A DNA stretch of 64,000 nt from Callorhinchus milii (Eukaryota): the NCBI RefSeq assembly GCF_018977255.1, contig NW_024704743.1, forward strand, positions 68,078,001 through 68,142,000. The letters are read 5' to 3'. The position numbers and the translations under genes are program-made. The notes beneath the pieces are model-generated. The model saw nothing but the letters and a program-made list of their open reading frames with translations. It ran no database searches and had not been told where the DNA came from. Below are positions 12,168 through 23,736 of this stretch, one piece after another; the first letter of the stretch is position 1; each line of letters begins with the position of its first letter.

Positions 12168-13578
12168 AGAGGGGGGTGAGAGGAGAGACATAGAGGGGGG
12201 TGAGAGGAGAGATATTTAGGTGGAGGTTCAGGTCAGGGCGGCAGCCAAAATGCGCACACAGAGACCAGGAGCGAGCGATCAGAAGGACGGCATCAGCCCT
12301 CAGGCTTAGCCTCCCAGGTCATGGACGAGTGGCAGTGGCTGCCAGGCCATTGTTGTCGTTGTTGTTGCTGGTTTTTTTTGAATTAGTTGAATTAGTGTGT
12401 TCTTCTACTTGATTAGCTGCAAAAAATATTTTAATACCTAACCAAATCATAGTTTTGATGTAAAAAATAGCCTGTTGATTACATTCCCAAAACAATTGTT
12501 TTCAGTACCTGATTAAATTGTGTCTCACTAACATTAATGTTGTATCGAGCCCACGACTATATACAGCATGAAGTGTGTATAATAATGATTCTTGCAGTTG
12601 ATGTAGGATCTTGTCACATTGATGAATTTGCTCAAAGCGCTTCACAGGATTTACTGCAAAGTGCAATGACTATGTATTTGTATATGAACACAGCAGCCAA
12701 TTTGCATCCAAAAGGCAGTTCTAGAATTCTTAACCCAAGGCCATCTTAGTACTAGGATTTTCTTGAGTAGCTCATTTTCATAAATGTTAGTATTTAAGTT
12801 TTCCATTGTTTTCCAAGAGATATGTGGACACTCCATGGTGAATGAAAGATTTAGACAACTGCCAAATGTGTTAACTTTATTTTTTTCTGTAAACATTTAC
12901 ACCAAGGTTTAGGCCGAAAATCACTAAGGGTTTTAGCCTTAAAACAATTGTCTTAAAATTTATGACTGTGCAGACATTTGGAAGTTTCCTTAATTCAGTC
13001 TTAACTTGGAAGCCAGTTAAAAGCAACAGTTTTTAAGTTAACAGTGTGTGCAAGTGACCTTGGTAGCAACCTTATGTGTTTATTTTGCCCACAACATATA
13101 CAATCAATTCACTTTACAGTATATTGTGTGAAGTGTCTCAAAGACGTGATAAAGCAACATATGAAATGCAAGGATGATTATTATGTCTCAGGTGTCTTTT
13201 ATTTTCGTGCAAAAGCAGGCCGATGTACAGCAAGCAAGTGGACTGGCTGCACACATGTGCACTGAATAGGGTCCACATTGCTACTGGATTATAATTAAAT
13301 TCATTCTATAAAGAAGTACAGTGAGGGCTGTGCTGTAATACTTTTCAACTTAACTTTTTGTGTTATTCTTCAATCTTGTTCATGTGTTACGCTGTGCATA
13401 TTGGCTCATCACCTGTTTTTCTGTCAAAGAAATAGATATTCATCCATTATTTTTTTTTAAATTATGCCCTGTTTTATCTGAGATTCAATTGCTTGTCTGA
13501 TACAATTCTGAGAACCAAATTCCTTCTCATCTTAAACCTCATTCAAGCTTGGTCATTCTATATTCACTTCCTTTGTCT

Positions 13579-13925
13579 CAACAACAACAAATTGCATTTG
13601 TATATCGCTTTTCACATCGAGAGGACATCCTAAGGCGCTGGACAGTCAGGGATTTGGACCCAAGCAGGGTGTTAGGATCAGGAGAGGTGGAGGGCAGAGA
13701 GGATATGGGTAGGAGGTTAACTGAAGGCGCGGTCAAAGAGGAGGGTCTAGAGATGTGCCTTGAAGGAGGCAAGGGAGGGAGCAAGGCGAAGGGAATGTGG
13801 TCTGCAGTTTCAAAGGGTGAGGTTAGAAAGGCTGAAGGCTCAACCACCGATAGTGGGGTGGTCCAGGTGGGAGACGTGGAGCAAGCCGGAGCCTGGTGAG
13901 TAGAGGAAGCGACCAGGTTGATATG
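13579..13925 (-). mobile_element. L2 LINE 3' end (family A-like)
   Basis: (CAA)n, tail hairpin and 3' ORF2 similarity to 4969-5330. Confidence 0.85.
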
Positions 13926-14009
13926 GTGTTAGCAATAGAGATCATCCTCATCCTATCAGCCCATATTCATACACTATCATGCATCCTTTATAACATCTTT
14001 GCTGCCTCC

Positions 14010-14375
14010 TCTGATTTTATCTTGGTATCATCTACAAATTTCATGAACTTGCACTAATTCTGCAAATCCAGGTCATCAATGTACACAAGGAATAAGGAGT
14101 CACAGTACAGACATCTTAGGCACTTTCACTTAATACCTAGTTCCATTTTGACCAATCACTCCTTAAAACTACTCTATTCTTCCTTCCCATTCAACCAATT
14201 TCAAATCCATGTTCATTTCTTAACCTTGGTACTCATCATATCAGAATTGAGGAACATTTTATGTGGTACTGTGTCAAGGACCTTTTGGAAGTCAAAGTAC
14301 ACTTTGTCATATGTCTTCCTAAGGTTAGTTGGGGCTGTCACCCTCTCATAAAAATCTGTGAGGTTGGTCAAACTA
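14010..14375 (-). mobile_element. Old CR1 RT fragment
   Basis: Minus-strand translation gives VYFDFQKVLDTVPHK and KFVDDTKI, matching CR1 RT motifs YLDFQKAFDKVPH and KFADDTK. Confidence 0.75.
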
Positions 14376-14854
14376 GAAAGCATCCTAGATATCAGGATGC
14401 TGGACTCATTTAAGAAACAGCTCGATATTGTTATGGGTCATTGGCATTCTGGAAGGATGAGTTCAAAAGAATTAAAGATATCTTATCCTAACATGATCTT
14501 GTAATTGTAGTAGAACTGTTCCTGGACTATAGTCAGTCAGTGGATTAAAAGAACTGTTAAATTTGAAACTCTGAGACAAAAATAAACTGTTCCCTACAAT
14601 GCCTCCAGTCCACAGGGGTCTGAATCCTTTGCAGTTCAGAATAATATTATGATATCTGGATACTAGGGAAGAGAAACCGACTTCCAAAGATTTACATGAT
14701 TCTTATTCCTTGGAAACTACACAGGAGGCGGGTTTGGATGAATCTTTTCTCTTCAGTGGAATATTCTTGTAAATAATTTATTAATCTTGAGTCAGAGGAC
14801 TTGCTTAATATTGATGTCTTTACACCCGAACATTCATACTGTAGCACACAATTA

Positions 14855-15125
14855 CATAGAATTACACAGAATATACAGCACAGAAACAGGCCATTCGGCC
14901 CAATTGGTCTATGTTGGTGTTTATGCTCCATGTGAGCCTTCTTCCTGCCTTTCATCGACTAAGCCTATCAGGATAACCTTCTATTCCTTTCTCTCTCATG
15001 TACTTATCTAGCTTCCCCTTAAATGCATCTATGCTATTCGTCTCAACTATTCCTTGTGGTAGAAAGATCCACATTCCCACCACTTTCTGGATAAAGAAGT
15101 TTCTTCTGACTTCTCTATTTCATTT
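14855..15125 (-). mobile_element. CR1 LINE 3' end
   Basis: Reverse of gggccgaatggcctgtttctgtgctgta preceded by the ORF2 terminus. Confidence 0.8.
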
Positions 15126-15829
15126 ATTGACTTCCCTTTTTCATTTATTGTCACAATATTATGCATAAACACCATGATTGCATTTAAAAGCAAAACTACA
15201 AATCTCCAACTGTGATCCCACATTCCCAGAAGCGATGGATATGATGTTGATAAGGGGTTATTTTTGATTTATGTTTCACATCATTTCATAGCTACTCTAT
15301 CTTAGTTGTGATATTCCTTTTCTAATTCCCCTGGATTGTACAATTATAAAATACTTTTCATTTATATATGTCTTTCACATTGGGAGGACATCTCAAAGTA
15401 CCTGACACTGCTGGTTGGGCACCCAAGTTGGAAATGGGAACCAAGGGGACTGGGGAGGGGAAAGATGACTGAAAGCCCAGTCAAAGAGATATGATTTGAG
15501 ACAGGCCTTGAACAAGGGAGGGAAGAAACAAGTTGAAGAGACTCCGGAATGAAGTTCCAGAGAGCAGAAGCAGAATAGCTGAAAGCTCAGCCATTGATAG
15601 TGGGCCGGTTAAGGTGGGCAGCTTAGAGTATATGAAGTGCCTTGGATCCAAAAGGGAGAATCAGAGCGCTCATATCATTTTCACACTTTCACTTGTTTGT
15701 GCAATTGAGCAGAAATTAGTCAACCCAGTATAGATCAATGCTTTAATAATAATCCTTGCATTTAATATAGCATCCTATCACATCATCAAGACGTCTCAAA
15801 GCCAGTGGCAGAGACAGGGCGGAGGTGAC

Positions 15830-16523
15830 AACTAGCCAGTTGGGCAGAAAGGGGAGAGGTGACCGTAAGCACAATCAAAGAGGAAGGTCTTTAGTCGGGA
15901 TTTCAAAGTGGGAATGGAGGGTGCAAGGCTGAGGGATTGAGGGAGAGAGTTCCAGAGTTTTGAGGCATAGTCTCTGAAGGCACAGCCACTGATAGTGGAG
16001 CGGAGGGGATAAGGAATGAACAGGAGACCAGAGTAGCCGAGTGGAAGCAGTGGGTGGGAGAGTGGGGGGTAAGAAAATCTGATAGGTAGGGAGATGCGAG
16101 AGCATGAAGGGATTTGAAAACAATTTTGGCTGCTTTTGTTATGAGGTGCGGACAGTGGTGGGCAATGTGATGGAGGTGGAAAAAAGTGGTCCTGGTCAAA
16201 GAACGGATGCTGGGAATCAAACCTGACGCCTAAGTTGCGCATGGGTTCGGTGAGTCTGAGCGGGAGCCCGGTGAGGTTGAGGAGTTCAGACCCTCAGAAG
16301 AGAAGACATTGATGGGGGTCAAAGAGTATGGCTTCCATCTTGCTGACATTCAGCTGCAGGAAATTTGTGCTTATCCAGGCTTTGATATCTGTCAAACAAG
16401 CTGACAGAACATTAGTTAACTGAGAGTCGCAGCTGGAAGAGGGAAAGTAGAATTCGGTGTTATCCGCAAACATGTGGAAGTTGACCCCATGTCTGTGGAT
16501 GACATTGCCAAGAGGGAGCATGT
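15830..16523 (-). mobile_element. Degenerate L2 fragment (RT C-terminal part to 3' UTR)
   Basis: [22 protein letters not shown] and KLWNSLPQSL...LKTFLFD in the ORF track. Confidence 0.88.
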
Positions 16524-16885
16524 CAAGGGATCAGTAATATCCACCTGATCTAGCAAACAGGAAATCAGTGTAATGACTCAGCCCCTTCAACAAAGCACGA
16601 CACTCCCAGCAATGAATTAGAGGGTCATCTTAGATTATGTGAGTATAAAATCCAAACATGGAGAGTCAGAGGCAAGATTGGTGGTACCACCTGAGCTTGG
16701 CTGACATACTGACTATTGGTGTTCACATCTCCATCAGCATTAATTGGATATAGAGTGAGTACAAGGCACCTCTTGATGATGTACTCCTCTTCCCACCTGT
16801 TCTATCCAGATAGAGGCTTGTATCTTTTGCAATGAACAGAAAATAAGAAATGATCGGTTAGAAGATGAAATGGGGCAAATCTGAG

Positions 16886-17084
16886 ATAATAATAATCCTT
16901 ACATTTGATATAGCGCTTTTCACATCTTCTAGACGTCTCAAAGCGCTCCTCAGAATATGCTGTAAAGTGAATTCACTGTATATTTGTGGGCGAAACGCAG
17001 CAGCCAATTGCACACAGCAGTGTCCCACAAACAGTCGTGGATTGAAAATGACTAATTTATTATTGTTTTGTTTTGGAGGGATTA
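16886..17084 (-). mobile_element. SINE 3' part (5'-truncated)
   Basis: Matches 11960-12167; carries the tagaa-loop tail variant. Confidence 0.9.
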
Positions 17085-19104
17085 TGCTTCTTTCGAAGTT
17101 GTGCTTCAACAGAAAATATTTTGCACTTCAAATGAACTGATCATTTAAGAGAATTAAGTTCTAATACAAGTCTGTCATTTAAATGGATTATCAACTTCTA
17201 AATATTCTTTTCATTTATATTTCCAGTCATGTAAATTGACTGTATATTTTGTGGGCAAAACACAGCAGCGAATTGCACACAGTCATGGATCTGATTTGGC
17301 AACCACTTCAGACAGTGAGTTCCACAATCACACTCGTCTCTGTATGAAGTACTACCTCCCAAATTCTCTTTTACATTCTCTCGTCACTATCTTATACTTG
17401 TGTCAGGAAGGATGAGCTGAAGAGCCTTCTTTATCCAAACCAATCTTGTGATCTTGTGAATTTAACAATTTTCTAAAACTCTAAAATATTAAAACAATGG
17501 TGTTAAGACCAAGAAATTTTGGGGCCTCAGGCACTTTGTCAGAATACTTTCTATTCCTTGTATGCTATACATTCTGTGTTCATGTATAATTCGTTGATCC
17601 CAATCTTCTGTCTTATCTGGATTTAATTTCTGATGTGAGTAACTCTCCCTCATATTCCTCAGTAAAGCAGGACATGAATAATTCTATTTCAATTAAATGC
17701 ATCTATAAAGATAGCAGTGGGATAAACATCAAAACAGTTATCAGTAATCTGTCCAACTATCAAAAATAGTAAATGCTCTATGGATTGACCTTTTTGACCA
17801 GAGATGAGATCAAATAACTACAAATTCAATAACCTGGCAACTGCCAGTATTGGGATGGAATTGATCCAAGACCAAATCCTGAGTAAAGCTCAATATAACT
17901 TCAGTTGGATATCCAGGCAGTCAAAAGTTACTCAACCTTAAAGGCTGTAAGTATCCCTTAAATTCACTGTTTTTTCGGTAGAATGTTCATTACTCCTTTA
18001 CCAGAAGGATTTTGGTCAAGTCACCTTAATTTGCACTTCCTGAGTCAAAGCCCTTATCGGTTTGACATGATTTTTTAATTGCCAGAAATTTAATCCTCCA
18101 AAAGTGTGGAGAGAAAAACATTTTGGAATATCCCCATAAGAATATGATCTTGAACATCATGAAGTATTGGCTCATATGAAAGTTTTTAAAATATATAATA
18201 TATATAGAGAGAGTTAAAGTTTAGAAGAGGTGAAAAGGCCATTTCACTCAAAGAAATATCAAATCTAACCTTCCTGACTGTCCAATCCACCACAGAATTT
18301 AGACCCATGTTTTAAAACACGGTGTGAAAAAGTCTCTTCCAACCTACACCTCAACTCTTCTAGTGGAAATTCTGATTTTATATTGCCCCCATTTCTGATT
18401 TAGCAACCAGCAGGAATAATATTTATCCTACAAAAACCTTTCAGAGTTTCTATTAGATCCTCTTTTAACCTTCTCTGTTTCTATTATATCAGAACCAATT
18501 TTTCAAACCTATTCTCAAAAAGATACCTCCCTTATCTCTGACATCATGTGAACCTACCCTGCATCCTTAATATCTTTGATGTGCTTTCTGTAATTGGAGT
18601 GCCCAGAACAGCACTCATGAGTACAACTATAATCTTGGATGAACTGAGATCTTAAATTTCACATTGTTATTTTATTTTTGTATCAACTCCTCTATATATA
18701 AAACATAAGTATCCAAAATATACAGTCAATTCACTTTACAGTATATTCTGTGAAGCACTTTGAGATGTCTCAAAGACGTGATAAGGCACTATATCAAATG
18801 CAAGGATTATTATTATTATTATTTGCCTTTTTATGATCTTTTCTACCTGCACTCCCAACTGTAAACATCTATATTCCTCTCTGTTCCCTCAATATCATGA
18901 AGAACTACACCATTTAAGGTATGCTTCCTTTGTATGCTCTACATTTTTGCAACTTACAGTTTGAAAAAGCACTTGAACATCTAACTCCCTGCCAGAAAAT
19001 TGTCTGCCACATTCACCTACAATTACACAGTCACTACACTACTCATGAAGGGCTTTGAGATATCTCAAAAATGTGACAAATCAATAGATCATAGATCATA
19101 GAAT

Positions 19105-19457
19105 GGAGTCCTGTAGCTCAGTGGTTAGACACTCGCCTCGCAAGCGAGATACCTGGGTTCGATTCCCGGCAGGGTGAAATGTTGGGCAAGTTTCCTTACT
19201 CCACATGCCTCTGTTTACCTAACAGTAAGCAGGAACCTAGTTGTTAGTCAATTGGTGCATTGCTTTTCCGGAAGTAATAATTCCTTTCAAAAAAAAATGA
19301 TAATTTGGTCACTCAATCCATGATTGTTTGTGGGACACTGCTGTGCGCAATTAGTTGCTTTGTTTCGCCCACAAAATATACAGTCAATTCACTTTACAGT
19401 ATATTCTAGAAAGCGCTTTGAGACATCTCGAACACCTGATAAGGCATTATATCAAAC
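19105..19457 (+). mobile_element. tRNA-derived SINE, long subfamily with complete central domain
   Basis: Head with B box gttcgattccc; extra segment tctgtttacctaacagtaagcaggaacc... that is absent from the short subfamily. Confidence 0.9.
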
Positions 19458-20129
19458 TATCTTCTGTCTTGGTTTAAATTTATTTGTACGTAAATGTAAT
19501 TATCCCTCCCTTTAAAGTAGCTGTCAGATGCAAATTTAAATGTTTGAATTGTAAAATAACATTGTTGGTGACAACCATCTTGACTGAACCCACCATAAAA
19601 CTGCAGGGTTCTGCTATTCTTTCCATGAACGTTCTTAAAAAATTAGGTGATTTAGTCTAACTTGGGGGAAACAATCGCAAGCAGTGTGTGAATAAGCATT
19701 ATGTTTCTGTATATTCTGCATCAGTGCAAGATAGTTGTTCTCTTCTTATGCTATAGGGGAAGGGCATACTTGTTTCTTTTATCTCAAGAGCTTTTCTATA
19801 TCGACAGTACAATACATCTCATTCCACTATTCGATGGTTCATGGAAAACAATCTTTATAATAAAAAGATCTGCAACCTATTTATTTTTCTGCATGCGCAA
19901 CATGTGCAGTTAAGCAGATATGCCAAGCCGTAATGTGGTGCTGCATATTGTAATAAACGTCTTGTTATCCAGAAAGACAAGAGCTTAGTGGTATTTGTTT
20001 CCTTCAGAGTGGGTTGATTCGTGGACTGTAAATGAAACAATTGAAGCTATGCTTCAAAAAAGATTTAGATAAGTATCTGCTTAGGACCGGTATTGCGCAT
20101 GATTGTCATAGATGCAGAAGGAAACGGAA

Positions 20130-20560
20130 AAATACAGCTTGGATAAGTTCAAATTTTGCACAGCTCAATGCCAACAACACTGAGGTTCTCCTCCTTGGCT
20201 CCCATCAGCATCTTATTACCTTCTCACCTTACTTTTGGACCCTCACTGGCTGTTTTCCCTCACTCTGCAACTTTGCTCACCTTCATTGCTACCTTTCCCC
20301 CAGGCTGCTGAATCTTCATCCACAGCTTCATTACCTCCAGACTTAAGTACTCTAAAAAATGCCCTGCTCCTCAGCTTCTCCCTTCACAAGCAGTGGACCA
20401 TCCATTACTCTGCAGCCTATGTTACCCCTCCACAAGGCTCCGCAAGACCATCACCCCCCATCCACTCTCAGTTCCATTGATTCCCCATCTCTTAGTAGAT
20501 TGAATTCAGATCCTTGTCCTCACGTTCAAATGCCTCCACAGTCTCACAACCCACTCTCTC
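20130..20560 (+). mobile_element. Highly degenerate L2 fragment
   Basis: AWISSNFAQLNANNTEVLLLGSHQHL matches [21 protein letters not shown] of other copies. Confidence 0.7.
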
Positions 20561-20639
20561 AGACTTGCCCTCAGTCTGTTTCATGTTCCCACCAGGTGCA
20601 ACGTTTGTCTGGACACTGGAATTGGCATTGGACTTGGAC

Positions 20640-21960
20640 CTCAAGAACCTGAAGGTGGCTGGTATGTCACAAGTTGTCTTGTGAAGCTCCTTCTACCACA
20701 CTGAAGGCAGATGCCTGCCAGATGACTGATGAGGAAACTCTACGGCTTGGGGCGACAGCTGTTGGAAGGCATTACCTGGAGTCTGAGTTCCTGAACTCGT
20801 TCATACGTCCAGCACCTGGAATCCATCTTGATTGGCTTGGAGAGAGGCAAGTAGATGCTGCTTAAACTCTGCACCAACAACTGGTGAAACCATTGCTCAA
20901 TGGAAAGGGTGTGTGCCTGAGCTGTGGACAGGAAGATTGTGGCAATGCTCTCACACATTTCATGCTGAGCTGTGTTGCCTACTGGGAAGCTCACAGTGAG
21001 TTCCTTGTATCTACCATCCAACTAGTGAGAGCTCAAACCCGCACTTGTAAGATGTCAAATGACCAACTAGTGATTGCGGGGGGTGGGAAGGAGGTAAGTG
21101 GGGTTTCTTTGGAGCTGAACTAGCTCCAAGGTGACATGCCTGGCTATGGAATGTCGGAGTCAAGCTACTGCCCTCTGTGGCAGTCTCAGTAGTCCGGTTC
21201 CGGAGCCAGGCGGGTCCACAGTATTCCAGGGCACTGCTTATGACAGCACAGCCAGTCTAGCACATCAGTAGGACCTTGAAGGGCAGACCAGTCACTGGGG
21301 GCAGGAAGAGATCTCACTCAGAGACCTGAGTTCAATTCCAGACAGGGCGAAACCTTGGGCAAGTTTCCTTACTCCACACAGAGCCTAATAATAATCCCTC
21401 CAAAAAACCCAAAACAATAATAAATTGGTCATTTTCAATCTACGACTGTTTGTGGGACATTGCTGTGCGCAATTGGCTGCCGCGTTCGCCCACAAATATA
21501 CAGTCAATTCACTTTACAGTATATTCTGTGAAGCGCTTTGGGACGTCCTCCCGACGTGAAAAGCGCTATATCAAAATGCAAGGATTATTATTATTATTAT
21601 TATTATTATTAATCCTGCAAGTCAAAGCCCTAGGACCAAAGGGTAGCCCTAGCTGAACAAGCAGCAGAAAAGCTTGCCGGACAGCAATGTTAATGGCAAG
21701 CTTTGCTGTTTTAGCTGGTTAAACTCCAGCAGTACCCCAAAGCACATTCTGGGATCCCCATTTCATGGCTTTTGCAAGCCTGTGCCTCATACTTTTCGAA
21801 ATTGGGTAAGCAGGATTCATCCCTCTAGGAAGAGAGTGCAATCCAGCAATCTATCTCTGGGTAGGTGGGTTGCATGGAATTTTGGTTTGGATAGTCTTAA
21901 GTCTTACTCAGTTTGGTTTGGATAGTCTTAAGGATGGTGATGGGTTTCTGCAGTTGTCAG
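20640..21960 (+). mobile_element. Relic non-LTR retrotransposon 3' part with C-terminal CCHC zinc knuckle and long 3' UTR, interrupted by a SINE
   Basis: CLSCGQEDCGNALTHFMLSCVAY (C-x2-C...H-x4-C); the downstream DNA has dispersed homologues at 57150-57560 (-) and 38490-38600 (+). Confidence 0.55.
21320..21610 (+). mobile_element. tRNA-derived SINE, slightly 5'-truncated, short subfamily
   Basis: Matches 11892-12167; shares the cacacagagcc variant with 8830-9155. Confidence 0.93.
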
Positions 21961-21989
21961 TCACCTGGCTGACAAAAATATGTATATAT

Positions 21990-22126
21990 AACTTGGATTT
22001 ATATAGCGCCCTCCACGCCAGCTGGCGTCTCAGAGCGCTTCACAGTAACGGATCCCGAGACCAAGCTGGGGGAGGGAGGGGAAGGTGACCAAAGGCGTGA
22101 TCGAAAAGAAAGGTCTTCAGCAGAGA
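21990..22126 (-). mobile_element. L2 family B 3' tail
   Basis: Homologous to 7980-8112. Confidence 0.88.
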
Positions 22127-23415
22127 ATAAACACTGGCATTGACGAGTTGAGCTGATTGACCTGTTCCAATATTGTAACATTTCATGTAATTATATGTAA
22201 AATTGCTTCTGCCAACTTCGTGGATTCTGGTTCCTTCTTGTGGAGTAAAATATCAGTTATATGATGTGCTGCCTGTACATCCGTTACATGGTGTGGTGTC
22301 TGCATTAGTTACATGGTGTCTATATCAGTTATATGCCATATCTATCCATAGAGTTATAATTTACATGAGGATGTTTAATAGACAGTTTAGTGTTGTTACA
22401 AAGGTAATCTGTGCTAGCTAATTACCCTTTTTTGGTGAAATATAAAAACAAAGAAAGATTCTGCTACATTAGCATTTGCAGCATTTTAGATCATTGATTT
22501 GATGTGCGTAAGTTTCCAAAGAGAATTATATAGAATTATAAAGACTGTACTGCTCCAAAACAGGTCAATTGGTCCAACTATATCTACATCTCCAAGATGC
22601 TATGTTGTGTGTAGGGCACAGTATAGATTGTTATAGTTACTTTCCCTTTCCTTGCAGTCAAACACTTTACAGTAAATCCTGTGAATCTCTTTGAGATGTC
22701 CTCCTGACATGAAAGGCACTCTATAAAATATAGAGGCCGACGAGGAGGGCGTTTGAGTAGTCCAGCCAAGAGGTGACAAAGGCAAAAGCAAAGACAAATG
22801 TTACAATAGGAAAGTAAATTGAGCACTACCTCTGATCAACTTTGCATCCCTTGTACTGTTGCTCCATTAGTATTATCATAACATGCATAAAGTGATGTGT
22901 TTAGACAATTTCAATTTTATGAGATTCCTTTTGGGATAAAGGTTTACCAGTTGCTGTGATATCCTAGGTATACTTCGTGCATGTCACATTCACTGCATTA
23001 TTAATTTTGGCATTCTCAACATTCTGCATTTGTGAGTTGCCCTCCATCCTAAGGTAGTTGTCAATCAAAACATCTTAGGGCATTGACCCTTTCATATGTA
23101 CTTTGTATTCAGCTGTTTACTGATAAATGGACTGCTCTATTTTCCTCTGTTCTATCAAAGTGCAATAATTCTATGGAACTATTTGGACGAACTGTGCTTT
23201 TATCTGTGAGTCACAGAAAACAATCTTTAAATCAAGAAGTATACTTGTAAAGCCTCATTTAACACCTGCATCTCAATAAAAAGCAGCATTGTACCTTAGC
23301 ATACTTTTTGCTCACTAAATCATTCAATATACTGCAGAAAACCCATCGCAATACATACAATACACAAAAAATACACACGACCACATCACTTTACAATAAA
23401 CAACAATACAGTAAA

Positions 23416-23736
23416 TAATATATAATAATAATAATCCTTGCATTTGATATAGCGCTTTTCACGTCGGGAGGACGTCCCAAAGCGCTTCACAGAACACACT
23501 GTAAAGTGAATTGACTGTATATTTGTGGGCGAACGCGGCAGCCAATTGCGCACAGCAATGTCCCACAAACAGTCGTAGATTGAAAATGACCAATTTATTA
23601 TTGTATTTGGATTTGGAGGGATTATTATTAGGCGTATGGAGTAAGGAAACTTGCCCAAGGTTTCGCTCTGCCTGGAATTGAACTCAGGTCTCTCGCTTGC
23701 AAAGCGAGTGCTCTAACCACTGAGCTACAGGACTCC
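23416..23736 (-). mobile_element. tRNA-Ala-derived SINE, full length, inserted in an older SINE tail
   Basis: Complete head, body and tail; cagtaaa is duplicated at 23409-23415 and 23736-23742. Confidence 0.95.

Larger units (their letters stand above)
7965..12348 (-). mobile_element. Near full-length L2 LINE (family B), degenerate, interrupted by insertions at 8830-9531 and 11848-12167
   Basis: APE endonuclease (ISLQNVRSLSNK near 11480, GGGVAII, MGTFNLH, THNRGHALDLVIT; ORF 10471-11355), RT ([29 protein letters not shown]), C-terminal region (ORF 8249-8857), tail stem-loop and (TTG)n at 7965. Confidence 0.92.

Noticed and set aside
11822..12215. Spaced ~24-bp direct repeats, superficially CRISPR-like
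   Set aside because: This is a tandem minisatellite split by a SINE in eukaryotic DNA; there are no unique spacers or cas genes.
12295..12348. Faint 7SL/Alu-like words (GGGAGGCTAAG) at the L2 5' end
   Set aside because: Too short and gapped to support homology.
20725..20745. ctgatga-g-gaaac, hammerhead-core-like words
   Set aside because: There is no stem II, no cleavage triplet and no stem I complement.
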